A DNA stretch of 64,000 bases from Gemmatimonadales bacterium (GTDB lineage Bacteria; Gemmatimonadota; Gemmatimonadetes; Gemmatimonadales; GWC2-71-9), in the NCBI GenBank assembly GCA_035943095.1, contig DASZCN010000037.1, positions 842-64,841 on the forward strand, read 5' to 3'. Position 1 is the stretch's first letter; every line of letters starts with the position of its first letter. The notes under the pieces were generated by a model. The model was given only the letters and a program-made list of their open reading frames with translations, was not told where the DNA came from and made no database searches. A program made the position numbers and the translations under genes. This document shows positions 52,282 through 61,186 of this stretch, piece by piece.

Positions 52282-54134
52282 TCGTGGTTCGCGCACTCGG
52301 GCCGGTGGATGTGCGCGTGCGCGGGGCGGCCGCTCCGGCGGAGCTGCTGTGGAAGAAGAACTTGGCGCTGCTCGTGTACCTCGCGCGCTCGCCGAAGCGC
52401 GCCCGAACACGCGAGCACCTCGTGGGGATGCTGTGGGGAGACAAGCCAGATGAAAAGGCGCGACGCTCCCTCAACGAAGCTCTGCGAGAGCTGCGCCGGT
52501 CCACGAGCGACGGCGCGCTCCAGTCCGACAACACGCAGGTACGGGTGACCGCTGAAGCGGTGGAGCTCGATACGGACGAATTCGAGACGCTGGCGCGAGC
52601 CGGGGACTATGCCGGTGCCGCGAGTCTCGTGCACGGCGAGTTCATGGAGGGGTTCAGCGTGAAGGGGGCGTCCGAATTCGATTTGTGGCTGTCGACGGAG
52701 CGGGAGTTCTGGCGCCGGCGCTGCGTTGACGTCCAGGTGCTGCGGGTCGAGCAGCTCAACGCGGGCGGAAGCGTGGCGGCGGCGATCGACCTGATCAGCG
52801 CGGCGCGCAGGCTCGACTGGCGCCGCGAATCCGCGGTGCGGACGGCCATGCGTGCGCTCGCGCTCGCCGGCGATCGGGCGGGGGCGCTGGCGCTGTCCGA
52901 CGAGTTCGTCGCCCGACTGAAGCGAGAGCTCGGGGCCGAGCCCGACGCGGAGACGCGGGCGCTGGCGGGGCGTGTGCGCCAAGAGCGCGAGTGGCGACTG
53001 CCGGAGGGTGCGCCGCAGGAGCCGTCCGGCGGCCCGCAACGGGTCCCCCTCGTGGGCCGGGCGGCGGAGCTGGAGCGGCTGAGCGAAGCGTGGACCACGT
53101 GCCGGACAAAGTCACAGGGCACGGTGGTGGTGATCGAGGGGGACGCGGGGACCGGGAAGACACGACTTGCGGAGGAGTTGGTAGCCCGTGCCCGGCTCGA
53201 CGGCGCCGTGGCGGTGGGAGTACGCGCCGTCGAAGCAGATGGCGCGGAGCCGTGGAGCGGAGTCTTTGGGATCGCGCGCGGCGGACTCCTCGAGGCTCCG
53301 GGTGTCGCCGGAGCACCGCCCTCCGCCCTCGATCAACTGCGCGGCCGGGCGCCGGCCGACGCGCCGGGCCGCGCGTTCTCGGAACTGCTGCAAGCCGTCG
53401 CAGAAGAGCAGCCCGTGGTCGTGTTCCTCGACGACGCGCAGTGGCTTGATCGGGACTCCCTGTTGGCCCTCTGCGCCGCCGCCCGCGACTTGGCCGGCGC
53501 ACGCGTGTTGTGCCTCATCACCGTGGCCCCCCAACCCGCGCCGCCCGAGCTGGACGAGCTTCGGGCCCGCGTAGGTCGAGAGCTCCCGGGCGCTGTCGTG
53601 AAGGTCGGGCCACTGGGCGAGGACGCCGTACACGAGCTCGCCCACCGGGCGTTGCCTTCATATACGACTGGGCAACTCCAGCGCGTCACACGTCGCGTGC
53701 TGGCCGACACCGCGGGCATACCCCTGCTGGTGGGAGCGCTCCTGGCCGCGGTGGCGAGTGGTTTGGAGCTGGGGGCACACGGCGGAGCCTGGCCGGAGAC
53801 CAATAGAACACTCAACGATACGTTGCCGGGGGAGCTCCCGGACAACGTCGTCGCAGCTATTCGGGTCAACTTTCGCCGGCTGTCGGCCGGCGCGCAGGAA
53901 GTGCTGGTCGTAGCGGCGGTCCTCGGGGGACGCGTGAGCACGGCGCGGCTCGAGCGGGCGTCGGGAGTCGCGGGAGAGTCGCTGGCCCGCGCACTCGACG
54001 AGCTGGAGTGGCAGCGCTGGCTCGTGGCCGAGCGACGAGGTTACACGTTCGTGGCGCGTATCGTCCGGCAGGTGCTCGATCGGGACATGCTCGTTGAGGG
54101 GAAGCGCCAACGGATCAGAAGTGCCGACACTTGA
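52278..54134 (+). CDS. BTAD/SARP-type winged-helix regulator fused to AAA/STAND-like ATPase (AfsR-like), copy 1
   Basis: GTG 52278 overlaps the kinase stop (GTGA). wHTH region is LLWKKNLALLVYLARSPKRARTREHLVGMLWGD. BTAD helices are ESAVRTAMRALALAGDRAGALALSDEFVARLKRELGAEPDAETRAL. Walker A is IEGDAGTGKTRL and Walker B is VVVFLDDAQWLD. Confidence 0.8.
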   Translation: MIVVRALGPVDVRVRGAAAPAELLWKKNLALLVYLARSPKRARTREHLVGMLWGDKPDEKARRSLNEALRELRRSTSDGALQSDNTQVRVTAEAVELDTDEFETLARAGDYAGAASLVHGEFMEGFSVKGASEFDLWLSTEREFWRRRCVDVQVLRVEQLNAGGSVAAAIDLISAARRLDWRRESAVRTAMRALALAGDRAGALALSDEFVARLKRELGAEPDAETRALAGRVRQEREWRLPEGAPQEPSGGPQRVPLVGRAAELERLSEAWTTCRTKSQGTVVVIEGDAGTGKTRLAEELVARARLDGAVAVGVRAVEADGAEPWSGVFGIARGGLLEAPGVAGAPPSALDQLRGRAPADAPGRAFSELLQAVAEEQPVVVFLDDAQWLDRDSLLALCAAARDLAGARVLCLITVAPQPAPPELDELRARVGRELPGAVVKVGPLGEDAVHELAHRALPSYTTGQLQRVTRRVLADTAGIPLLVGALLAAVASGLELGAHGGAWPETNRTLNDTLPGELPDNVVAAIRVNFRRLSAGAQEVLVVAAVLGGRVSTARLERASGVAGESLARALDELEWQRWLVAERRGYTFVARIVRQVLDRDMLVEGKRQRIRSADT

Positions 54135-54172
54135 CCTGGCCTTGACTCAGCCGAATGAGACTTTCTCTCATT
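54130..54172 (+). promoter_or_regulatory. Direct heptamer repeats CTTGACC/CTTGACT at 11-bp spacing plus a 7-bp inverted repeat, upstream of the orphan lipoprotein gene
   Basis: CTTGACC (54130-54136) and CTTGACT (54141-54147) are spaced start-to-start by 11 bp. AATGAGA(54154-54160)-ctttc-TCTCATT(54166-54172) is a perfect inverted repeat. All of this lies between the regulator stop (54132-54134) and ATG 54186. Confidence 0.35.
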
Positions 54173-54185
54173 TCCGGGAGAGTCC

Positions 54186-55382
54186 ATGAAACGTTTCCTG
54201 ACCATCGCGTTCGTCCTACTCTGGTCGGGAGCCTGTGGCGATCGCCCCACCACCGCACCGGCGGCGTCATCGCCCAAGCCCAGTGCCGCGCTCCTCAGCG
54301 CCCCGCCGCCCAGCCCGCTCGTTCCCGTCGTGGTGCCCGGCCTAACGCTGCACCTGTGGCCGTTCAGCGGTTTCGGTTTCGGTCAACCTTCCGACCCCGT
54401 GAGCCTCATTTGGATCGGCAACGCGGATCCGCGCGCCCTCCGGGCGGCCTTATTGTTCCTTGACGGCGACCGTACGGCATTCGGGTTCCCGAACGCCTTC
54501 CCATTCAACTGCACCTGGCACGACGAGCCCGAGGTTCAACCCGAGGTGGCCTACACCTCGGCCAGCGGGTGGGTGGGGAGCCCGATCGAGTTGGAATGCG
54601 GCACCTACGATCAGGCACGCCTTCACCTGCGGTTCTTCGACGTCGGCGGGGCAACCGTGGGCGGGGCCCCGTTCGAGGTCTACATCCCGGGCACGCTCGA
54701 GCACCAAACCATCAGCTGGGAGCTCGCCGAGCAGATCGTCGTGGTGGACTTCCTGCGGAGCAGTTTGCTCGATCCGACCGTCCCGCTGTTCGCCACCGAT
54801 CAGATCAATCCGTCACCCTTCGGGACGATTCCCGCCGTCGTCTACAAGGGTGTGCCGGCCGGCCTCCGCCAAGCGATCGGCGGGCCGCTCGGGGACGTCA
54901 CGGACCCCGTACCGATCGCCAACGATGGTCACGCGACGGTGTTGAATCTCTCCGCGAGTGTCGGGGGTCAGCCGCTGGTCGCCCACCGCCGGTTCGTGGA
55001 GCCCTTCGACCAGGTCATTCCGCAGCCGTTCTGTGGACCCGGCCCGGACGCGTTCCTTTATGTGAACGGACCGGTGACGCTCGACCAGCAGGTGGTGTTC
55101 ACGCCTTCAGAAAACTACCTCAGCCACTTCCACGCGGTCGCGCATCTGGACGTGACGCCGGTGGATCCCGCGACGGGCCAACCGATCGGAGCGACGTACA
55201 AGGCGGTGGTCCTCGAGGATCACAAGGGAATCCTCACCGACGCGGTGTCTTTGTCGACGTTCGTCACATTGCGCATCACGCTGCCACCGAGCGCGCTGTT
55301 CCACGGCCGTCTGGAGTTCGAATTCGCCGTGGGGCCGGGCGGCGTTACAAGGGAAACGACGAGCGTGCGCTGCGGGGCGTAG
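54186..55382 (+). CDS. Lipoprotein of unknown function (398 aa)
   Basis: RBS-like GGGAGAG precedes the ATG. Lipobox FVLLWSGAC followed by a Pro/Ala/Ser linker. The composition is non-repetitive and beta-rich. No family recognised. Confidence 0.6.
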   Translation: MKRFLTIAFVLLWSGACGDRPTTAPAASSPKPSAALLSAPPPSPLVPVVVPGLTLHLWPFSGFGFGQPSDPVSLIWIGNADPRALRAALLFLDGDRTAFGFPNAFPFNCTWHDEPEVQPEVAYTSASGWVGSPIELECGTYDQARLHLRFFDVGGATVGGAPFEVYIPGTLEHQTISWELAEQIVVVDFLRSSLLDPTVPLFATDQINPSPFGTIPAVVYKGVPAGLRQAIGGPLGDVTDPVPIANDGHATVLNLSASVGGQPLVAHRRFVEPFDQVIPQPFCGPGPDAFLYVNGPVTLDQQVVFTPSENYLSHFHAVAHLDVTPVDPATGQPIGATYKAVVLEDHKGILTDAVSLSTFVTLRITLPPSALFHGRLEFEFAVGPGGVTRETTSVRCGA

Positions 55383-55387
55383 AGTCG

Positions 55388-58087
55388 TCAGTTCCGCGGG
55401 CTGGGCCGGCACAGGCGCTCGATTTCGGGCCGCGCCGCCTGGTCCACGTAGCCGATCAGGGACTCGAAGGATCCACAGGCGCGCGCGGCGGCGGTCGTGT
55501 CGTGACGCGCGACGGCGACGCGGGCCATGTCGAGCCGCAACGGCCAGAGAGAGGCGACGAGCTCGAGGGGCGCGCTGAGCACGGCGTAACGCCGCGTGGC
55601 GCCATCCCAGAGACGCAAGGCGCGCGTCGTGTCTCCGCGCCGCAACGCCGCTTGCGCCTGAAGGTCGGCATTGAGACTCGCCGGAACCGGACCGCGGGAG
55701 GCGAGCCAGGCCAGGGCCGTGGTGTGCCTCCGGGGCTCGATCCCGAGCCGGGCCAGCACCCAGTGGGCGACGGCATCCGTGTCCGGGCCAGCGCGGATGC
55801 GCGCGCTCGTGCGATCCGCTGCCGGTGTCACGTCCTCGAGCGTCGCGACGCGGGTCGCGCGAACGACCAGCACCCACAGGTCACGCTCCCGAGCGGCCCA
55901 TGACCCGGTCGCGCGGGCCAGACGCTGGCGAGCGCTGTCGGGCCAGCCGGCCGCGAGGTCGGCGGCCACGCCGAATCGAAGGGCGAGCGTGCGCTCGGCG
56001 TCCGTCGCTCCGCGCCGTTCGAGGCACCGCAGCACCACGCGCGCGGGCCCCTCGCGCTGGGCGCGGGTGCCGAACGCCGCAGCCTGGAAGGCGAGGTATT
56101 GCAGCGCGAGGAAGCTGTGCTGGCACGCCGTTCGGAGCAGGGCCAGCTGATCTGGCGCCGTGCCGAGGATGAGCGTATCTGCGATACCGACGGCCTCGGC
56201 CACCACCGACGTTGAATCGATCCTCAGGTACCGGTGAATGAGATCGGCGGTCTCGCGCCGGTCGCCCGTCTGGTTTGACAGGGCAATCAAGTGTCCGATG
56301 GCAGGCGAGAACCGCGGATCCAAGTCGAGCACCCGATTGAACGCGACCGAGGCCTCACCGACCGGCTGATCGAACAGGCCACCGAAGTGGAAATAGAACT
56401 CTCCCAGCACGTACCACGCCTGCGGATATCCCGGAGCCTGCTCGGTAGCGCGCTTGAACCGGTCGAGCGCCGTGATGCCGTCGCCTTGCGCGAGCAAGAG
56501 TTGGAATCCGTCGAGCAGCAGGCTGTCCGCGGGCGACAGCCCGGTCTGGTAGCGCTCCGCCCCGCGCAGAGCGGCCTCGAAGGCGTGTCCGCTGGGGTCG
56601 ACCTGCGCCGCGACGAGGGCGAGCCGGAGTCGCCCGATGGCGAAGTCCGGATCGAGCTGAATCACGCGCGTGTATTGGCTCCGGGCGACACGGTAGTCGC
56701 CGCGTCGGAATGCCGCCTCCGCGTTCAGATACGCCGCGACCGCCTCCGGTCCGCCGTTCGGTAGCGTCACATCGGGGCCGGGCGTGAATTCCGGATACAG
56801 CGCAGCCCACACCCGATCCATGACGTCCGACTCCTCGGCGCCCACGCGGCCCGTGGCGCTGCCGCTGCGACGAGCACGTCCGTCCTCGTACAGGGTCGCA
56901 GTCAGCGAGACGGTCGGGCCCGCAAAGGTCACGCTCCCTTGAACGAAGAACGTCGCCCCGAGCCGGCAGGCGAGATCCCGGGCCTCCGCGTTGGACGGGG
57001 TCTCGGTTGCGATCTGCGCGGCCACCCGGCCGAACGACACGATCTCGCTCAGACGCTCGACCGGGCGAAATCGTGAGATGAAATACTCGGGCAGCTGCCG
57101 GGCGGGATACGGCGGCGTGCCCAGGACGGTGAAGGGCATTACGGCGAGGCGAGTCGGCTCGTCGCGTGGGACCCGGCAGCTGCCCTGCGCGCCGGTGATG
57201 ATGCGTAGTACTCCGGCTGCACTCATGGCGACGATGGCGGCCGCCGCCCACGGGCGCCACGGCCGGCGCCGTGCCCGGTCGAGCTGCGCGAGCCACGCGC
57301 CCGCGCTAGCGGGGCGGTCGTCCGGCCGTGGCGCGAGCGGCGCGATCAGAGCGGAGGCGAAACGCGCGGAGAGCCTCGATCGGCCGGTCCGGAGGATGCG
57401 TGCGAGCGGGGCAGGTGCGCTCTGGAAGGGTGGCGGCGCGCCGGCCAGCGCCTCGAAGGCGACGACCGCGAGGGCGTGCAGGTCGGCGCGCCCGTCGACG
57501 CGCCCGCTCGCTGCCTGCTCCGGGGCCATGTACCCCGGCGTGCCGATGACGGCCCCCGGCTGGGTGAGCGAAGATTCTTCGGCGGCGCCTTCGACGCGCG
57601 CGATGCCGAAATCCGCGAGGAATGCGCGCCCGCTGTCTTCCTCGAGCAGGATGTTGGCCGGCTTGACGTCGCGATGAACGATCCCGCGCCGGTGTGCGTA
57701 GCCGAGCGCGTCAGCGATTTCCCGCACGATGCGGAGCACCTGATCGCTGGTCAGGCGTGTGGCACCGCGGAGCCGGTCGTCGAGGGAATCGCCGCGCACG
57801 AACGTCATGATGAGGTAGCTGATGCCGTCCCGCGTGTCGAAGTCGTAGACGCGTACGACGTGGGGATGATCGAGCGAGGCGCCGAGCGTGGCCTCGCGGC
57901 GGAAGCGCTCGCGACGCATCTCGCTGGCCGCGACCTCGGGGGGCAGAACCTTGACCGCGACGATATGGCCGAGGGTGCGGTGGCGGGCCCGGAACACGGC
58001 ACCCATGCCGCCGACGCCAGCAAGGCCGAGGACTTCGTACCGGTCGCCGACGGCGCGCTGAACGGCATCCAGGGCAGGCGGATCCAT
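55388..58087 (-). CDS. Transmembrane Ser/Thr protein kinase with TPR-like C-terminal region (AfsK-like), copy 2
   Basis: 899 aa. Kinase motifs are GVGGMGAVFRA, AVKVL, HRDVKPANILL, DFGIARV and APEQ. TM helix is WAAAAIVAMSAAGVLRII. The C-terminus has TPR-like repeats (AFRRGDYRVARSQYTRVIQLDPDF, GYPQAWYVLGEFY). Confidence 0.85.
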   Translation of the reverse strand: MDPPALDAVQRAVGDRYEVLGLAGVGGMGAVFRARHRTLGHIVAVKVLPPEVAASEMRRERFRREATLGASLDHPHVVRVYDFDTRDGISYLIMTFVRGDSLDDRLRGATRLTSDQVLRIVREIADALGYAHRRGIVHRDVKPANILLEEDSGRAFLADFGIARVEGAAEESSLTQPGAVIGTPGYMAPEQAASGRVDGRADLHALAVVAFEALAGAPPPFQSAPAPLARILRTGRSRLSARFASALIAPLAPRPDDRPASAGAWLAQLDRARRRPWRPWAAAAIVAMSAAGVLRIITGAQGSCRVPRDEPTRLAVMPFTVLGTPPYPARQLPEYFISRFRPVERLSEIVSFGRVAAQIATETPSNAEARDLACRLGATFFVQGSVTFAGPTVSLTATLYEDGRARRSGSATGRVGAEESDVMDRVWAALYPEFTPGPDVTLPNGGPEAVAAYLNAEAAFRRGDYRVARSQYTRVIQLDPDFAIGRLRLALVAAQVDPSGHAFEAALRGAERYQTGLSPADSLLLDGFQLLLAQGDGITALDRFKRATEQAPGYPQAWYVLGEFYFHFGGLFDQPVGEASVAFNRVLDLDPRFSPAIGHLIALSNQTGDRRETADLIHRYLRIDSTSVVAEAVGIADTLILGTAPDQLALLRTACQHSFLALQYLAFQAAAFGTRAQREGPARVVLRCLERRGATDAERTLALRFGVAADLAAGWPDSARQRLARATGSWAARERDLWVLVVRATRVATLEDVTPAADRTSARIRAGPDTDAVAHWVLARLGIEPRRHTTALAWLASRGPVPASLNADLQAQAALRRGDTTRALRLWDGATRRYAVLSAPLELVASLWPLRLDMARVAVARHDTTAAARACGSFESLIGYVDQAARPEIERLCRPSPRN

Positions 58088-58146
58088 CCGCAGAGAATGT
58101 AGCCGCGCTTGCCCACGGTCGCAGCAGCATCAATAATCGGGGCGCC

Positions 58147-60033
58147 ATGCCTGCCGTTTTGTGTCGCGTACTCGGCCCGGTCCGTATCACGGTGGCGGGG
58201 GCGCCCGCTCCCGCGGAGCTGCTGTGGCGCAAGCACGTCGCCTTGCTCGTCTATCTGGCACGCAGTCCCCGCCGGAGCCGGACGCGCGAGCATCTCGTCG
58301 GCCTCTTGTGGAGCGATCGCGATGACAAGCAGGCGCGCCACTCGCTCAGCGAGGCGCTTCGCGTGTTTCGGCGCGTGCTGGGCCACGCCGGCGTTCGAGC
58401 TGACGTGGACCAAGTGGGTTTGGCTCCGGACGCGGTGTCGCTCGACTGCGATCGGTTCGAGGAGTTGAGCGGTCGGGGCGACTGGGTGGCGGCGAGCGCG
58501 CTCGTCGAGGGGGAGTTTCTCGAGGGTTTGGCGATTCCGGAGGCGAGCGACTTCGAGAACTGGCTCGCGGCGGAGCGCATGCTCTGGCGGACCCGTGCCC
58601 TCGAGGCGTTGGAGCGGCGCGCCGCGGCGGAGCTCGACCGCGGCGACTCGGCCGCCGCGGCGCAGACCGCGCTGCAGGCCGTGGCGCTCGATCGGGCTTC
58701 CGAGGCCGCGGGCCGCTCGGCGATGCGAGCGCTGGCGCTCGCGGGCGACAGGGCCGGAGCATTGCAGCTGGCCGAGGAACTGGCGCGGGTGCTCCGCGCG
58801 ACGCTCGGGGCCGAGCCGAGCGCGGAGACCGCGCGCCTCGCGGAGCGCATCCGGGACGCACGAGTGGGACGACGCGTGATCGGCGCGCCAGCGGCAGCCC
58901 CCGCGCGCGCTCCCCTCGTGGGCCGGGTGGCCGAGCTCGCGGAGCTCACGGGTGCGTGGCGACGCGCGCAGGCTGGCCGCGGGCAGGTCGTAATCGTCGA
59001 AGGAGAGCCCGGGGAAGGGAAGACCCGTCTCCTGGACGAGCTGCTCGCGCGCGCGCGACTGGATGACGCAACCGTCGGCGCGACCCGCGCGGTACCGGCC
59101 GATGCTACGACGCCGTGGAGCGCGCTCGCGGGTCTCTTGGCTGCCGGCCTGGTAGATGCGCCGGGGATCGCCGGGGCGGCGCCCGAAGCCCTCGCCGCGT
59201 TCGCTCAGATCGATCCGGATCTCGGGGGACGATTCGGCGCCGGCGTCCCCGCCGTCGCGCCGGGCGACGCCCTCCGCGCCGCTGTGCGCGCGTTGGCGGC
59301 TGAGCGGCCCGTCCTGCTCGCGCTCGACGACGCGCAATGGCTCGACGCGCAGACGCTCGCGACCCTGCCCGGGCTCGCACGCGATGTAGCCGCGCGACCC
59401 GTCCTGCTGCTGCTAGGCATCGCCCGCGGATCGCCGGCGACCGAGCGCCTCGACGGTGTGCGATACCAGCTGGGCCGCGATCTGGAGGGCACGGTGATCC
59501 GACTTCGGCGGCTCGACGGAAGCTCACTCCGGGAGCTCGTTCGCTGGGCGCTTCCCTACTACGGGCCCGAAAACGCCGAGCGCCTCGCCCGCCGCCTCGA
59601 AGGCGACACGGCGGGGATTCCGCTCCTCGCCCTGGCGATGCTCGAGGCCGTGGTCCGCGGGTTCACCCTTCCGTCGACGCCCGACGCGGGGGCGTGGCCT
59701 GCGCCCACGCGCACTCTCGTCGACTCGCTGCCGGGCGACCTCCCGCCCTCAGTGATCGGCGTCATTTGCCAGCGGTTCCGCGACCTGCCAGAGCCCGCGC
59801 AACGCGTCCTTGGCGCGGCGGCCGCGTTGGGCGAGCGCCTGAGCGCGCGCCGTCTGGAACGTGCCACCGCACTCGAGCGCGTGGTCGTCGAAGAGGCGCT
59901 CGACCTCCTCGAGTGGAACCGATGGCTCGTCGCGGACGGCCGCGGCTACGTGTTCGCGGCGCCAATCGAGCGCGCGGTGCTCTTGCAGGAGATGATTACG
60001 CCCGGACAGGCCCGCCGCTATCGGGAGGCGTGA
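58147..60033 (+). CDS. BTAD/SARP-type winged-helix regulator fused to AAA/STAND-like ATPase (AfsR-like), copy 2
   Basis: 628 aa, same architecture as 52278..54134. wHTH region is LLWRKHVALLVYLARSPRRSRTREHLVGLLWSD. Walker A is VEGEPGEGKTRL and Walker B is VLLALDDAQWLD. Divergent from kinase copy 2 across 59 bp. Confidence 0.8.
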   Translation: MPAVLCRVLGPVRITVAGAPAPAELLWRKHVALLVYLARSPRRSRTREHLVGLLWSDRDDKQARHSLSEALRVFRRVLGHAGVRADVDQVGLAPDAVSLDCDRFEELSGRGDWVAASALVEGEFLEGLAIPEASDFENWLAAERMLWRTRALEALERRAAAELDRGDSAAAAQTALQAVALDRASEAAGRSAMRALALAGDRAGALQLAEELARVLRATLGAEPSAETARLAERIRDARVGRRVIGAPAAAPARAPLVGRVAELAELTGAWRRAQAGRGQVVIVEGEPGEGKTRLLDELLARARLDDATVGATRAVPADATTPWSALAGLLAAGLVDAPGIAGAAPEALAAFAQIDPDLGGRFGAGVPAVAPGDALRAAVRALAAERPVLLALDDAQWLDAQTLATLPGLARDVAARPVLLLLGIARGSPATERLDGVRYQLGRDLEGTVIRLRRLDGSSLRELVRWALPYYGPENAERLARRLEGDTAGIPLLALAMLEAVVRGFTLPSTPDAGAWPAPTRTLVDSLPGDLPPSVIGVICQRFRDLPEPAQRVLGAAAALGERLSARRLERATALERVVVEEALDLLEWNRWLVADGRGYVFAAPIERAVLLQEMITPGQARRYREA

Positions 60034-60114
60034 TCCGCAGCCGCCGCACGAGTGCGGGCGGCATGAAACAGGTCCGTTGCACGACGCTCCGTCTCGTGAT
60101 TACACTTCCGCGCT

Positions 60115-61170
60115 ATGACGCGCCTCCTCCTGGGCCTGCTCGTACTGCTCCCCTTGGGCGACCGAAATGTCGCACCGGCAGCGCCGGGCGCCCGCATCTT
60201 TGTCGACGCACGGGCGGACGTCCTCGTCATCGACCTCGCGCCCGTGGACCTGCCGGCCCACACACCACATCACGGGATCGCCCAACCGCCCGTGGCGACC
60301 CTCGAGATCCCGCAGACAGGGTCCATCTACGGCTTCCGCGTGGAGGTGGTCGATAGCACCGGCGCGATGCTCCCCGACGAGCTGATCCACCACTTCAATC
60401 TCATTGATCCCGACCACCGGGAGCTGTTTCTCCCCATCTCGCGTCGCTTGCTGGCCGCCGGACACGAGACCGGTGCGATCCGCCTGCCATGGCTCCTGTT
60501 CGGGCTGCCGCTCGAGCGGGGCGAGCACGTCGTGGCGAGCGCCATGGTCGAAAACCTGACGGCGACGACCTACCGTCAGGCGCGAGTGCGATTGGTGATG
60601 AACTTCACGCCGGGCGGTCGGCCGTGGCCCTTGTTCCGCGCGTCGCCGTGGCAGATGGATGTGGCATTTCCGGTGGGCGACAAATCGTTCACGCTCCCGC
60701 CCGGACGGTCATCGCGCACCTATGAGGGCCGCCCCGCGGTCGCCGGCAAGATCATCGGCTTGGGTGGGCACATGCACGACTACGGCCGCGTGATCGAGTT
60801 CGCGGACGCGACCACCGGACAGATCATTTACCGGGCGGCGCCGGTCGCCGACTCCGCGGGCCGGATCGAGTCCGTACCGATCGCCATGCTGTACAGCTGG
60901 ACGCGCCTGGGCGTCCATATCGTCCCGGACCACCGCTACCGGGTCACGGTCTCGTACGACAATCCTACTGGCGAGGCGATTCCGGACGGCGGCATGGGTG
61001 TGGTCGGAGGCATCTTCGTGCCGGACCACGGTATCCAATGGCCGGCCGCGGACCCGGGCGACTCGCTGTATCAACAGGACTATCGCCACTACATGCGGCT
61101 CGAAGGCGGCGACATGATGGACATGGGCGGTAAGCCGATGTCCATGCCCATGAAGGCCTCGCATCATTAA
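60115..61170 (+). CDS. Secreted protein with PHM/DBH-like (type-2 copper monooxygenase) ligand pattern and Met/His-rich C-terminal tail
   Basis: 351 aa with signal-like MTRLLLGLLVLLPLG. An HH pair at residues 92-93 (ELIHHFNL). His-x-His at 219/221 (GGHMHDYG). Met 294 (GGMGVVGG) lies about 73 residues later, the same order and similar spacing as the CuH (HH...H) and CuM (HxH...M) sites of peptidylglycine monooxygenase. The C-terminus is GGDMMDMGGKPMSMPMKASHH. The functional call is motif-level only. Confidence 0.45.
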   Translation: MTRLLLGLLVLLPLGDRNVAPAAPGARIFVDARADVLVIDLAPVDLPAHTPHHGIAQPPVATLEIPQTGSIYGFRVEVVDSTGAMLPDELIHHFNLIDPDHRELFLPISRRLLAAGHETGAIRLPWLLFGLPLERGEHVVASAMVENLTATTYRQARVRLVMNFTPGGRPWPLFRASPWQMDVAFPVGDKSFTLPPGRSSRTYEGRPAVAGKIIGLGGHMHDYGRVIEFADATTGQIIYRAAPVADSAGRIESVPIAMLYSWTRLGVHIVPDHRYRVTVSYDNPTGEAIPDGGMGVVGGIFVPDHGIQWPAADPGDSLYQQDYRHYMRLEGGDMMDMGGKPMSMPMKASHH

Positions 61171-61186
61171 GTCATCGACCGAGGTC

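Noticed and set aside
60038-60062. Imperfect hairpin GCCGCCGCAC-gag-TGCGGGCGGC after the second BTAD regulator as a terminator
   Set aside because: The stem contains a bulge and there is no U-tract, so the evidence is insufficient.
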